Shown piece after piece: positions 24,737 to 39,000 of a stretch of DNA of 64,000 bases. Numbering within the stretch: the first letter of the stretch is position 1; each line of letters begins with the position of its first letter. The position numbers were made by a program, and so were the translations under genes. The DNA comes from Pavona decussata (taxonomy: Eukaryota). The stretch lies in the NCBI GenBank assembly GCA_977016875.1, contig CDRNST010000194.1, positions 1,116,001 to 1,180,000 of the forward strand, written 5' to 3'. The notes beneath the pieces are model-generated. The model searched no databases. It saw nothing but the letters and a program-made list of their open reading frames with translations, and had not been told where the DNA came from.

Positions 24737-27351
24737 CGAAACATAACGCGCCCATATAATTTTCAGCGATAACGAAACATAGCGAGCATATATAATTTTC
24801 AGCGATAACGACACATAGCGCGCGCATATAACTTTCAGCGATAACGACACATAGCGCGCGCATATAATTTTCAGCGATAAACAAATATAGCACGTGCATA
24901 TAATTTTCAGCATTAACAAAACATTGCGCGCACATATAATTTTCAGCGATAACCAAACATAGCCTGCGCATATAAATGTCAGTGATAATGACACAGCTCG
25001 CACATATAAATTTCAGCGATAATGACACATAGCCTGCGCATATAAATTTCAGCGATAATGATAGCACGCACATATAATTTTCATCGATAAGGACACATAG
25101 CCCTCGCATATCAATTTTGGCGATAACAAAACCTAACGCACACAGCTAATTTTTAGCAATACCTAAACATAGTGAATGCATATAAGTTTTAGCGAAAACA
25201 ACACAGCGCGTGCATATAAATTTCAGCGATAATGACACATAGCCTGCGCATATAAATTTCAGCGATAACGATAGCGCGCGCATAATTTTCATCGATAACG
25301 ACACATACCCCGTGCATATAAATTTCAGCGATAACAAAACCTAACACGCAGAGATAATTTTCAGCAATAATGAAAAGAAGCGCGTTCATAATTTTCAGCA
25401 ATACCTAAACATAGTGCACGCATATAATTTTGAGTGATAATGACACATAGCGCGCGCATATAACTTTCAGCGATGACGACACATAGCGCGCATATAATTT
25501 TCAGCGGTAACGACACAGTGCGCACATATAATTTTCAGCGATAACAAAATTTAGCCCGCGCATATAAATTTTAGCGATAACGACACATACCCCGCGCTTA
25601 TAAATTTTGGCGATAACCAAACCCAACGCACACATAATTTTCAGCAATACCTAAACATAGTGCACGCATATAATTTTGGACGACAACGACACATACCAGG
25701 TGCATATAATTTTAAGCGATAAGGACACATAGCGAGTGCATAAAAATTTCAGCGATAATGAAACATAGCCCACGCATATAGATTTCAACGATAACTACAC
25801 ATAGCCCGCAGATATAATTTTCAGCGATGACGAAACATATCGCAGCCATATAAATTTCAGCGATAAGGACACATAGCCCGCGCATATAAATTTCAGCGAT
25901 AACGACATAGCGCGCGCATACAATTTTCATCGATAACGACACAGCCCGCGCATATAAATTTTGGCGATAACAAAACCTAATGCGCACAGAAAATTTTCAG
26001 CAATAACGAAAGATAGCGCGCGTTTATAATTTTCAGCAATACCTAAACATTGTGCGCACATATAATTTTCAGCGATAACGAAACATAACGCATCCATATA
26101 ATTTACAGCGATAACGAAACATAGCGAGCACATCTAATTTTCAGCGATAACAACACATAGCGCGCATATAATTTTAAGCGATAACGACACAGTGCGCGCA
26201 TACAATTTTTAGCGATAGGGACACATAGTGTGCGCATATAGTTTTCACCGATAGCCAAACTTAGCCCACGCATACAATTTTTATCGATAACGACACATAG
26301 CCTGCGCATATAAATTTTAGCGAAAACGACACATAGCGCGCGCATATAATTTTGAGCGATAACCAAACATAGCTCGCGCATATAAATTTCAGCGATAATG
26401 ACACATAGCCCGCGAATATAAATTTCAGTAATGACGATAGCAAGCGCATATAATTTTCATCGATAACAACACATAGCGCGCGCATATAGTTTTCAGCGAT
26501 AACCAAACATAACGCACCCATATAATTTACAGCGATAACGAAACGTAGTGAGCACATATAATTTTCACCGATAACGACACATAGCGCGCGCACATAACCT
26601 TAAGCGATAACGACACATAGCGCGCGTATTTAATTTTCAGCGATGAACAAACATAGCACATAGCATATAAATTTCAGCATTAACCAAACATGGCGCGCGC
26701 ATATAAATTTTAGCTATAATGACAGGTAGCGCACGCATATAATTTTCAGCGATAACGAAACTTAGCGCGCACATATAATTTTCAGCGATAATGACACATG
26801 GCGCGCGCATATAATTTTCAGCGGTAACCAAACATAGCTCGCGCATATAATTTTCCGCAATACCAAGACTTAGCGCGCGCATATAATTTTAAGCGATACC
26901 AAAATATAGACTAATATAGTTATTCGCATATAATTTCCAAACATAGCAAGCGTACATAATTTTCAGTGTGCGCATATAATTTAGGCAATAACGACACATA
27001 GCGCGCGCATATGATTTTCAGCGATAACCAAACATAGCCTCGCATATCACTTTCAGCGATAATGACACATACCCGCGCATATAAATTTCAGCGATAACGT
27101 CACATAGCCCGCGTATCTAAATGTCAGCGATAACGACACATAGCCGGTGGATATAATTTTAAGTGATAACGACACATAGCACACGCATATAAATTTCAGC
27201 GATAACAACACATAGCGCGCGCACATAATTTTCAGCAATAACCAAACAGCCTATGCATATAAATTTCAGCGATAATGACACATAGCCTGCGCATATAAAT
27301 TTCAGCAATAATGACACATAACCTGCACATATAAATGTCAGCGATAATAAC

Positions 27352-27489
27352 TGTAACGCTACGCTATTCTAGGGGCGCAACGAGTGATAAATAGACGACC
27401 AACAGTCATAACTAAACAACAACTCAATGCTTTATTAAACAAAAGCAAAGCACATGGCAAAGAGGTCACGTGACTAACATGACGTCACA
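27352..27489 (-). repeat. 3' LTR of the Gypsy element
   Basis: Direct repeat of 31945-32082, adjacent to the PPT. Confidence 0.95.
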
Positions 27490-27672
27490 CCTTTCCTTTT
27501 GCGAAAAAAATAAAAAAAATAAATAAGAAAGTTGTACACTAAACGCAGTACTCGCAAATGAGGTTGCCATAACGGACTGAAACAAATAATGTCAAATAAC
27601 AAATAACAGTCTCTTAACTTCAACTTGGTGATAATAATAATCAACTTCATCAAGGGTAACATTCTAAAGTTC

Positions 27673-30600
27673 TTAAACAAAGTCCTGTAAGTACTGTGGT
27701 GCCCTTGACACTCGTCCACTCCTTGTCACAACTGAGGTTGGCTTTGTTGTGGGAGGTGGCTCCTGGCTTGGGGACACTGTCACCGGCTCTGCCTGCTTGG
27801 GTAGATCAACAGGGGTGTTTTGGACTGGTTGACCTGTGGCTTTGGGTGTGGTTGGTACAGCTGTTGTGGGTGATGTGCCCGTCTGGTTGTGTTGGGGTTG
27901 CATGACAAGTCTGGTTTCAGCCGACTGACCGAATGGTTCCTTGGACTGGCGAAGATGTCGTCGATTTCTCTTGTACAATTTGCCATCTTCAGTCCGGACT
28001 TCGTACGACCGAATGTCAACTTGTCCTTCAACACACGCTTTGAACCACTTCCGTTCTCTGTCACCTTGTTTAGGGGCGACTCGCACAATCTCTCCTGACT
28101 GTAAGGGTGGAAGTTCTTTGCTGGTCCGGTTGTAGTACTTGGTTTGTTTGGACTTCTGCTTGATCAGTTTCTCCTTCACATCTTCTTGGACCTTTGGCTT
28201 TAGCAAAGAACTGCTGGTGGGAAGCAGCGTTCTTGTTCTGCGACCGAACATCCTTTGGGCGGGAGAACTTGACATTCCTTCAGTAGGAGTATTTCTCCAA
28301 TCCAACAGGGACTAGTAAACATCTGTGCCGGCTTGCTTGGCTTTCTTCATGATGTTTTTCGCAGTCTCGACTTTGCCATTGCTCTGGGGATAGCCAGGCG
28401 AACTTGTGATGACTTCGAACTCGTAGTTGGCTGCAAAGTCTTTGAATTCCAGAGAGTTGAATGGCATGTTGTCACTGATTAGCTGATTTGGAATTCCATG
28501 GACTGAAAACTGCTTGCGGAGTTTCTTGGCTGTGTTTGCTGCAGTCTTGCTCTCTAGTCTGTCCACTTCAAAGTAACTTGAGTAATAGTCAACCACACAG
28601 AGATAGTCTGTATCATCTAGTGTGAAAACATCTACTCCAATCTTCTGCCAAGAGCGATCAGCAATTTCATGACAGATGAGAGGCTCTTTTGGTTGGCTTG
28701 ACTGATAACAAGAGCAGATATCGCACTTTGAAATGTAATCAGTTAGTTCTGAGTTCATGCCTGGCCAATACACAGTTTCTCTAGCCCTGCGAAGGCAACT
28801 CTGAATTCCAGTGTGAGCTCCATGCAACTTCTCTTTAATTCTTGCGCGTAGACTCAAGGGGATGACACAACGCTGTCCTTTGAAGATTAGGCCATCTTGT
28901 GCTGATAACTCATCTCTAACTAGGAAGTACGGGTGGAGAGACACAGGGACTTCCTTCTTCGTTTCTCGCCATCCACTGATGATGGTCTTCTTCAACTGTT
29001 GGAGAGTGTCATCTTGAGCTGTTTCTGCTTGAATTTCTGTTAGCTGAGGCTCTGAGACAGAGAGAAAATCAGCTGCATGAATGGACTCAGTTTCCTCCTC
29101 TGCTTTAGACTGAGTGATGTTCTTTAAAGAAGCTCTTGATAAGGTATCAGCCAAGTACATCTCAGAACCAGGTTTGTACTTCAAGTCAACATCATACTGC
29201 TGGAGTCGAAGCAGTAGTCGCTGTAGACGTTTTGGTGCTGAAACAAGGGGCTTCTTGTAAATTGATATCAGAGGTTTGTGGTCGGTCCACAAAATCACTC
29301 GTCTTCCAAACGTGTAATGATGATTGTGTTCTAGCCCGAAGACTTGAGCCAGAAGCTCTTTCTCGATCTGAGAATATCTCTGCTCCGTTGGGGTGAGTGC
29401 ACGACTTGCATATGTAACCGGCTGACCCTCTTGCATTAGAACAAATCCAAGGCCGTTTTGAGATGCATCACCTTGTCCTTCAGTTTGAGCTTGTGGACTG
29501 AAATACTTAAGGACTGGGGCTTGTGTAACAGCAGTTTTGAGAGACTGGAAGGCATCCTCTTGTTCCTGTGTCCAATGCCATTCAACGTCCTTGTGTGTTA
29601 GTTTGCGGAGAGGCTCACATAACGCTGACAGGTTACTGAGAAACTTCGAAAGGTACTTAACCATGCCAATGAGACGCTGAACACCCTGGACATCAGTGGG
29701 GGTTTCCATTTTCACAATGGCCTCAATCTTCTTGGGGTCGGGTTTGACTCCTTCATTGCTTAACAGATGTCCAATGAATGGTACTTGGCTGCATTTGAAG
29801 TCGAACTTGGCTTTGTTTAATTTGATGTTCCTGTCTCTGCATCTTTGTAGTAGGCGTACAAGGTTTGCGTCATGATCCTTGTCTGCTTCTTCCTTGGTGT
29901 CACCTTGGCCTGTAATCAGCAAATCGTCTGCTATTCTGTAGACTCCAGGTAATCCTTGCAGGTTTTCATCTAGCTTTTGCTGAAAGTATTCAGGTGCTGG
30001 GCTAATTCCATATGGCATCCTTAACCACCGATGTCTGCCCCATGGTGTCTGAAATGTAGTTAGGCGGCTCGACTGATCATCTAATTCGATCTGGAGAAAG
30101 CCACCTTTCAGATCTGCTTTGGAAAAGACTCGTGCTTTCTCAAGTTCAGGAAGAATGTCATCAATGACAGGCAAAGGATAGTGGCTTCGACTGAGTGCCT
30201 CATTCAGGGGTCTGGGGTCGATGCAAACTCTGACTTTCCCATTCGCTTTCGCTGTCACCACTGCACTGGACACCCACTTAGTTGGCTCTTCTACTTTCTC
30301 TAAGACACCAACACTGACAAGACGGTCAATTTCTTCTTTGAACTTTCCTTTCAACGCGACAGGTACTCTGCGGGGAGGCATTATAACTGGTGGGACAGAT
30401 TCATTTACTTCTAAGTGTAACTTTCCGTCCATTTTTCCAAGTCCTTTGAAGAGGTCTCCAAAGTCGGTTAACACTTGCTCCTTAGTAAGAGAACTACTCG
30501 GTGAGGCAGTGAAGACTTCATTGTTGCTCAAGAGTTGGATATTGTGATGTTGGACTACAATGAAACCCATCTGCTGTGCAGCACGAGCTCCTAGTAATGG

Positions 30601-31872
30601 TGTATAACTGCCATCCACTACAACAAACTCAGCGTTGTATTTCTTTCTAGTCTTAGGATTGCGCATGCTGATTCTTGTTGTTCCAAGTGCTGGGATTCGT
30701 TCCTTGTTGTAGGCTGTCAACAACTTGTTTGTCTTCTGAACCTCTGCTCCTTCTGGAAGGTATTCCTTTGGGAGTACATTGCATGATGCACCAGAGTCAA
30801 TCTGCATTTTTACGGTCTTTCCTTGTATTTCCATAGCTGCATAAATCTTACTTGGGAAATCACTGACATCAACCACTTCAGGAGTATTCACATTAACATC
30901 TTCTGTGGAGAGGTCTACAGCCAAAAGTTCTTCCTCTGACGAGGTGACAGCTTCAAGAGCATTCACTTTCTTCCAATTGCTTTTCTTGGAGCTAGGTTTC
31001 GTAGCCTTTGGCTTCTTTTCCTTAGAGACACTCTTCTTTCCATGAAGATGACACTTGCTCGCTACGTGATTCTCTTTCTTGCACTTCTTGCAGATTTGGC
31101 CAAAAGCAGGACACTTTTCTCTATTTCTTTCGTGAGACTTGCCACAAAATTTACAGTCGTCGACCATACTGGTGTGTGACTTTGGACGAGATGATTTGAG
31201 CGCGTTGACTTCACTTGATTCCTTGCCTTGACTTGGCATATCTTGGACTTGCAATTTAGTCGCTTCGGCTGCTCGACAGCTATCAAGGCATTTTTCCAGA
31301 ATTAATTTCGGTTCCTGGAGAAGCTTTTTCCTCTGACCATTGTCCCTGATACCACAGACTAAATGGTCTCGGATTAAATCATCTTTTAACAAACCAAATT
31401 CGCAGGTTTCGGCAAGTGTGCGAAGCGCTGTTGTGTATGCATCAATCGACTCATCTGCTTGTTGTGAACGATTATTGAACTTGTATCTTTCATAAATCAC
31501 ATTCTTTCGTCCTATGCAGTAGTTCTGCCACAACTCGAGGACTTTATCCATGTTTTCCCTCTCAGCGTCCGACGAGAACGGCAAACCAGTGTGTATTTCC
31601 AGCGCATCTGGACCGATACACGTGATAAACGTGGCGACACGAAGCGTTGAAGGTTGTTTGTCCAAGCCAGTGACAATTTCATACGCTTTCCAAACCTGTA
31701 CCCACTTTTTCCAATTGGCAGCCAGGTTTCCTTTAGTGTCGAATTTCTGGGGAAGTGATACATTGGCAATAAACCCTGATTGCGGCGGGCTAATAACGGG
31801 AGGAGCATCTGCTTCGTCCAGCATGTCCGTGGATTCAAAATGGCGGCACGTTGAAGCACAATCTTCACACAA
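27673..31872 (-). pseudogene. Single-frame gag-pol polyprotein with one in-frame TAG in the integrase
   Basis: Two Zn knuckles, protease DSGA, RT IADD, RNase H DAS..EKE, HHCC and DDE integrase. The ORFs 28312-31872 and 27673-28305 are in frame (DVY*SLLDWRNTP). First ATG is at ~31824. Confidence 0.92.
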
Positions 31873-31944
31873 TTGAGACTTTGAAAGCTTGAATTCACTC
31901 TACAGCGGCTTTCTACAACACGACGACTACCACGTCTGACACCA

Positions 31945-32082
31945 TGTAACGTTACGCTATTCTAGGGGCGCAACGAGTGATAAATAGACGACCAACAGTC
32001 ATAACTAAACAACAACTCAATGCTTTATTAAACAAAAGCAAAGCACATGGCAAAGAGGTCACGTGACCAACATGACGTCACA
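31945..32082 (-). repeat. 5' LTR of the Gypsy element
   Basis: Direct repeat of 27352-27489, adjacent to the PBS. Confidence 0.95.
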
Positions 32083-32874
32083 ATAACAAAGCTTGCGCAT
32101 ATAAATTTCAGCGATAATTGCACATAGCCTGTGCATATAAATTTCAGCGGTAACGATAGCGCGCACATATAATTTTCATCGATAATGACACATAGCCCAC
32201 GCATATAAATTTTGGCGATAACAAAACCTAACGCACACATAATTTTCAGCAATACCTAAACATAGTGAACGCATATAGTTTTGAGCGACAACGACAAATA
32301 GCGCTTGCATATAATTTTCAGCGATAACGACACAGCCTGTGCATATAATTTTCAGCGATCACGACACATAGTGTGCGCATATAATTTTCATCGATAACCA
32401 AACTTAGACGCATAAAAATTTCAGCAATAATGACACAGCCTGTGCATAAGAATTTTAGCGACAACAACACATAGCGCGCGCATATAAATTTGAGCGATAA
32501 CCAAACATAGCCTACGCATATAAATTTCAGCGATAATGACGCATAGCCCGCGCATATAAATTTCAGTGATGACGATAGCGTGCGCATATAATTATTATCG
32601 ATAACGACACATAGCCTGCGCATATAAATTTCAGCGATAACAAAACCTAATGCGCACAGATAATTTTCAGCAATAACAAAAAATAGCGTGCGTTTATAAT
32701 TTTCAGCAATACCTAAACATAGTGCACGCATATAATTTTGAGCGATAACGACACATAGCGCGCGCTCTAATTTTCAGCGATAGCGAAACAAAACGCGCCC
32801 ATATAATTTTCAGCGATAACAAAACATAGCGAGCACATATAATTTTCAGCGATAACGACACATAGCACGCATAT

Positions 32875-33018
32875 GATGAATTATTTTATTATTTATGAAA
32901 TTTTAGAATTGTAATTTTGAACTTCTATTTTATTTTTAATTTAATATTTATTGTAAGGCGCAGTTGAATATTTTTATAGAAACTGCGCGGTACAAATTTA
33001 AATTTATTATTATTATTA
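32875..33018 (+). mobile_element. Short AT-rich insertion in the satellite, probably a LINE 3' end
   Basis: Non-satellite sequence with a gcgcagtt..aactgcgc stem followed by a (TTA)n tail. Confidence 0.6.
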
Positions 33019-36000
33019 CATAATTTTCAGCGGTAATGACACATAGCGCGCGCATTTAATTTTCGGCGATAACGACTCATAGCCCGCGCATATAAATTTT
33101 GGCAATAACGAAACAGCCCACGCATATAAATTTCAGCGATAACTACACAGAGATCGCGCATATAATTTTCAGCAATAACAAAACATATCGCACGCATATA
33201 ATTTTAAGCAATAACGACACAGCGTATGCAGATAAATTTTAGCGATAATGACACACAGCCTGCGCATATAATTTTCAGCGATAACGAAACATATCGAATG
33301 CAAATAATTTTTTAGCGAGAACGACACATAGCGCATGCAGATAAATTTCATTGATAATGACACATAGCGCGCGCATATATATTTTAGCGATAATGACACA
33401 AGACGCATATAATTTTTAGCAATGACAACACATAGTGTGCGCATATAATTTTCACCGATAACCAAACTTAGCACACACAAAAAAATTTCAGCAATAATGA
33501 CACATAGCACGCGCATATAAATTTCAGCGATAATGACACATAGCACGCGCATATAAATTTCAGCAATAATGACACATAGCACGCGCATATAAATTTTAGC
33601 GATAATGACACATAACGCGCGCATAGAAATTTCAGCGATAATGACACATAGCCCACGCATATAAATTTCAGTGAAAACGATAGCGCACGCATATAACTTT
33701 CATCGATAACGACACATAGCCCGCACATATAAATTTCAGCGATAACAAAAGATAATTTTCAGCAGGAACGAAAGATAGCGCACGTTTATAATTTTCAGCA
33801 ATACCTAAACATAGTGCGCGCATATAATTTTTAGCGATAACGACACATAGCGCACCCATATAACTTTCCGCGATAACAACACATAGCTCGCATATAATTT
33901 CAGTGGTAACGACACATAGCGCGCACATATAATTTTCAGTAATAACGACACATAGTGCGCGCATATAATTTTCAGGGATAACGACACATAATGTGCGCAT
34001 ATAGTTTTCACCGATAACCAAACATCGCCCGTGCATATAAATTTCAGCAATAATCAAACATAGCCCCCCCATATAAATTTCAGCAATAATGACACATAGC
34101 CCGCACATATAAATTTCAGCGATAATGACACAGCCCGTAGCCCGCATATAATTTTCAGCGGTAACGAAACATAGCGAGCACATCTAATTTTTAGCGATAA
34201 CGACACATAGCGCACCCATATAACTTCCCGCGATAACAACACATAGCGCGCATATAATTTTCAGTGGTAACGACACAGCGCGCACATATAATTTTCAGTA
34301 ATAACGACACATAGTGCGCGCATATAATTTTCAGGGATAACGACACATAATGTGCGCATATAGTTTTCACCGATAACCAAACATCGCCCGTGCATATAAA
34401 TTTCAGCAATAATCACACATAGCCCGCGCATATAAATTTCAGCGATAATGACACATAGCCCGCACATATAAATTTCATCGATAATGACACACAGCGCGCA
34501 CATATAAATTTCAGTGATAATGACACATACCTCGCGCATGTAAATTTCAGCGATAAGGACACATAGCCCACGGATATAAATTTCAGCGATAACGACACAT
34601 GGCGCGCGAATATAATTTTCAGCATTAACCAAACATAGCGTGCGCATATAATTTTCAACGATAATGACACATAGGGCGCGCATATAATTTTTAGCGATAA
34701 CCAAACATAGCGCGTGCATATAATTTTCAGCGATAATGAAACATAGCGCTCACATATAATTTTCAGCTATAAACAAAAATAGCACGCACATATATTTTTC
34801 AGCATTAACCAAACATGGCGCGTGCATATAAATTTTAGCTATAATGACAGATAGCGGGCGCATATAATTTTTAGCGATAACAAAACTTTGTGCGCACGTA
34901 TAATTTTCAACGATAATGACACATAGTGCGCGCATATAATTTTTAGCGATAACCAAACATAGCGCGTGCATGTAATTTTCAGCATTAACCAAACATAGTG
35001 CTCGCATATAATTTTCAGCAATATTACCCAAACATAGCATGCGCATATAATTTTTAGCAATACCGAGACTTAGCGCGCGCAAATAATTTTAAGCGGTAAG
35101 GAAAGATATAGCATTTGCATATAATTTCCAAACATAGCAAGTGTGTATAATTTTCAGCGTGCGCATATAATTAAGGGAATAACGACACATAGCGCACGCA
35201 TATAATTTTCAGGGATAACCAAACATAGCCCAGGCATATAATTTTCAGCGATATCGAAACAAAGCGAGCACACATAATTTTCAGCGATAACGACACATAG
35301 CGCATGCATACAACTTTCAGCAATAACGAGACATAGTGTGCGCATATAGTTTTCACCGATAACCAAACTTACCCAGGCATATAAATTTCAGCGATAATGA
35401 CACATGAGCCGCGAATAAAAATTTCCGCGACAACGACACATAACGCGCGCATATAATTTTGAAAGATAACCAAACATAGCCTGCGCATGTAAATTTCAGC
35501 AATAATGACACCTAGCCGCGCATATAAATTTCAGCGATAATGACACGTAGCTCGCGCATATAAATTTCAGTGAAAATGACACACAGCGGGCGCATATAAA
35601 TTTCAGCGATAATGATAATTACCCCGCGCATATAAATTTCAGCGATAAGGACACATAGCCTGCCCATATAAATTTCAACGATAACGACTCATAGCGCGCA
35701 TACATAATTTTCAGCAATAACCAAACAGCGCGCAAATATAATTTTCAGCATTAACCAAACATAGCGTCCGCATATAATTTTTTAGGGATTATGACACATA
35801 GGGCACGCATATAATTTTCACCGATAACCAAACATAGCGCTCGCATTTAATTTTCAGCGATAATGACACATAGCGCGCGCATATAAATTTCAGCGAAAAC
35901 ATTAGCGCGCACATATAATTTTCATCGATAACAACACATAGCCCGCGCATATAAATTTTGGCTATAACAAAACCAAAGGCATACAGAAAATTTTCAGCAA

Positions 36001-39000
36001 TACCTAAAAATAGTAAACGCATATAATTTGGGGCGACAACGACACATAGCATGTATATAATTTTCAGCGATAAGAAAATTTAGCCTGCGCATATAAATTT
36101 CAGCAATAATGACACAGCCCACGCATATAAATTTCAGCGATAATGAGACATAGCCTGCGCATATAAGTTTCAGCGATAACGATAGCGCGCGCACATAATT
36201 TTCATCGATAACAACACAGAGCCTGCACATATAAATTTTTTTTCGATAACAAAACCTAACGCACACAGATAATTTTCAGCAATACCTAAACATGGTGCAC
36301 GCATATAATTTTGAGCGACAAAGAGACATAGCCCGCGCATATAATTTTCAGCGATAACGAAAGATATCGCATGCATATAATTTTCAGCGATAACAACACA
36401 TAGTGCATGCAGATAAATTTCAGCGTTAATGACACATAGCCTGCTTATATAAATTTCAGCAATAATGACACATAGCGCGCGCATATAATTTTCAGCGATA
36501 ATGACACATAGGCCGTGCATGTAATTTTTAGCGATAACGACACATAGTGTGCGAATAGAACTTTCACAGATACATATAATTTTCAGCGATAACGACACAT
36601 AGTGTGCGCAAATAATTTTCACCGATAACCAAACTTAGCCCAGGCATATAAATTTCAGCGATAATGACACAGCCTGTGCAAAAAAATTTTAGCGACAATA
36701 ACACATCGCGCGAGCGTATAATTTTGAGCGATAACCAAACATAGCCCGCGCTTATTAATTTCAGCGATAATGACACATAGCCTGCGTATAAAAATTTCAG
36801 CATCAACGACACATAGTGCGCGCATATAATTTTGAGCGATAACCAAACATAGCCTGCGCATATAAATTTAAGCGATGACACATAGCCCGCGCATATAAAT
36901 TTCAGCAATAATGACACAGACAGCGCATATAAATTTCAGCGATAATAACACATAGCCTGCGCATATAAATTTCAGCGATAACGATAGTGCGCACATTTAT
37001 CAATAAATTTATCGATAATGACACAAAGCCCGCTCATATAAATTTTGGCGATAACCGAACCTAACGCACACAGATAATTTTCAGCAATACCTACACATAG
37101 TGAATGCATATAATTTTGAGCAAAAACGACACATAGCTCGTGCATATAATTTTCAGCGATAACAAAATTTTGCCCACGCATATAAATTTCAGCGATAATG
37201 ACACAGCCCGCGCATATAAATTTCAGCGATAACGAGAAGCGCGCACATACAATTTTCATCGATAATGACACATAGCCCGCGCATATAAATTTTGGCGAAA
37301 ACCAAACCTAACGCACACAGATAATTTTCATCAGTACCTAAACATAGTGCACGCATATAATTTTGAGTGACAACGACACATAGCGCGTGCATATAATTTT
37401 CAGCAATAGCGACACATAACGTGTGCAGATAAATTTCAGTGATAATGACACATAGCCCGCGCATATAAATTTCAGCGATAATGACACATAGCCCGCGCAT
37501 CTAAATTTCAGTTATAACGACACATAGCGTGCGCATATAATTTTGAGCGATAACCAAACATAGCCCGCGCATATAAATTTCAGCAATAATTACACATAGT
37601 CCGCGCATATAAATTTTAGTGATAATGACACAGCCCGCGCATATAAATTTCAGCGATAATGACTTAGCCCTTGCATATAAATTTCAGCGATAATAACACA
37701 TAGCCTGCGCATATAAATTTTCGCGATAACCAAACCTAATGCACACAGATAATTTTCAGCAATACCTAAACATAGTGAATGCATATAATTTTGAGCGACA
37801 AAGACACAGCGCGTGCATATAATTTTCAGGGATAACAAAATTTAGCCCACGCATATTAATTTGTGATAATGACAAAGCCCGTGCATATAAATTTTAGTGA
37901 TAATGACACATAGCCTGCGCATATAAATATCAGCGATAAAAAGCACGCGCACACAATTTTCATCAATAACGACACATGGCCAGTGCACATGTAAATTTTG
38001 GCGAAAACCAAACCTAACGCACACAGATAATTTTTATCAATACCTAAACATAGTGCACGCACATAACTTTGAGAGACGACACAGAGCGCGTGCAAAATAT
38101 TTTTCAGCGATAACGAGACATAGCGTGTGCATAAAAATTTCAGCGTTAACGATAGCGCGCACATAAAATTTTTATTGATAACGACACATAGCCCGTGCAT
38201 ATAAATTTTCGCGATAACCAAACCTAACGCACACAGATAATTTTCAGCAATACCTAAACATAGTGAATACATATAATTTTAAGCAACAACGACACATAGC
38301 GCGTGCATATAATTTTCAGTGATAACAAAATTTAGCCCACGCATATTAATTGCAGCGATAATGACAAAGGCCGTGCATATAAATTTTAGCGATAATGACA
38401 CATAGTCTGCGCATATAAATTTCAGCGATAACAAGAAGCGTGCGCATACAATTTTCATCGATAACGACACATAGCCTGCGCATATAAATTTTGGCGAAAA
38501 CCAAACCTAACGCACACAGATAATTTTCAGCACTACCTAAAGATAGTAAACGCATATAATTCTGAGCGACAACGACACATAGCGCGTGCATATAATTTTA
38601 GGTGATAACAAAATTTAGCCCGCGCATATAAATTTCAGCGATAATGACACAGCCCGCGCATATAAATCTCAGCGATAATGACACATAGCGTGCACATATA
38701 AATTTCAGCGATAACGATAGCGCGCGCATATAATTTTCATTGATAACGACACATAGCCCGCACATATAAATTTTGGCGAAAACCAAACCTAACGCACACA
38801 GATAATTTTCAGCAATACCTAAACATAGTGCACGCATATAATTTTGAGTGACAACGACACATAGCGCGTGCATATAATTTTCAGCAATAGCGACACATAA
38901 CGTGTGCAGATAAATTTCAGTGATAATGACACAAAGCCCGCGCATATAAATTTCAGCGATAATGACACATAGCCCGCGCATATAAATTTCAGTTATAACG

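Larger units (their letters stand above)
27352..32082 (-). mobile_element. Young full-length Ty3/Gypsy (Mag-like) LTR retrotransposon inserted in the satellite
   Basis: 138-bp TG..CA LTRs differing at 2 positions and a 5-bp TSD ataac. PBS tggtgtcagacgtgg (minus strand, ending at 31944); PPT aaaaggaaagg (27490-27500). Confidence 0.97.
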
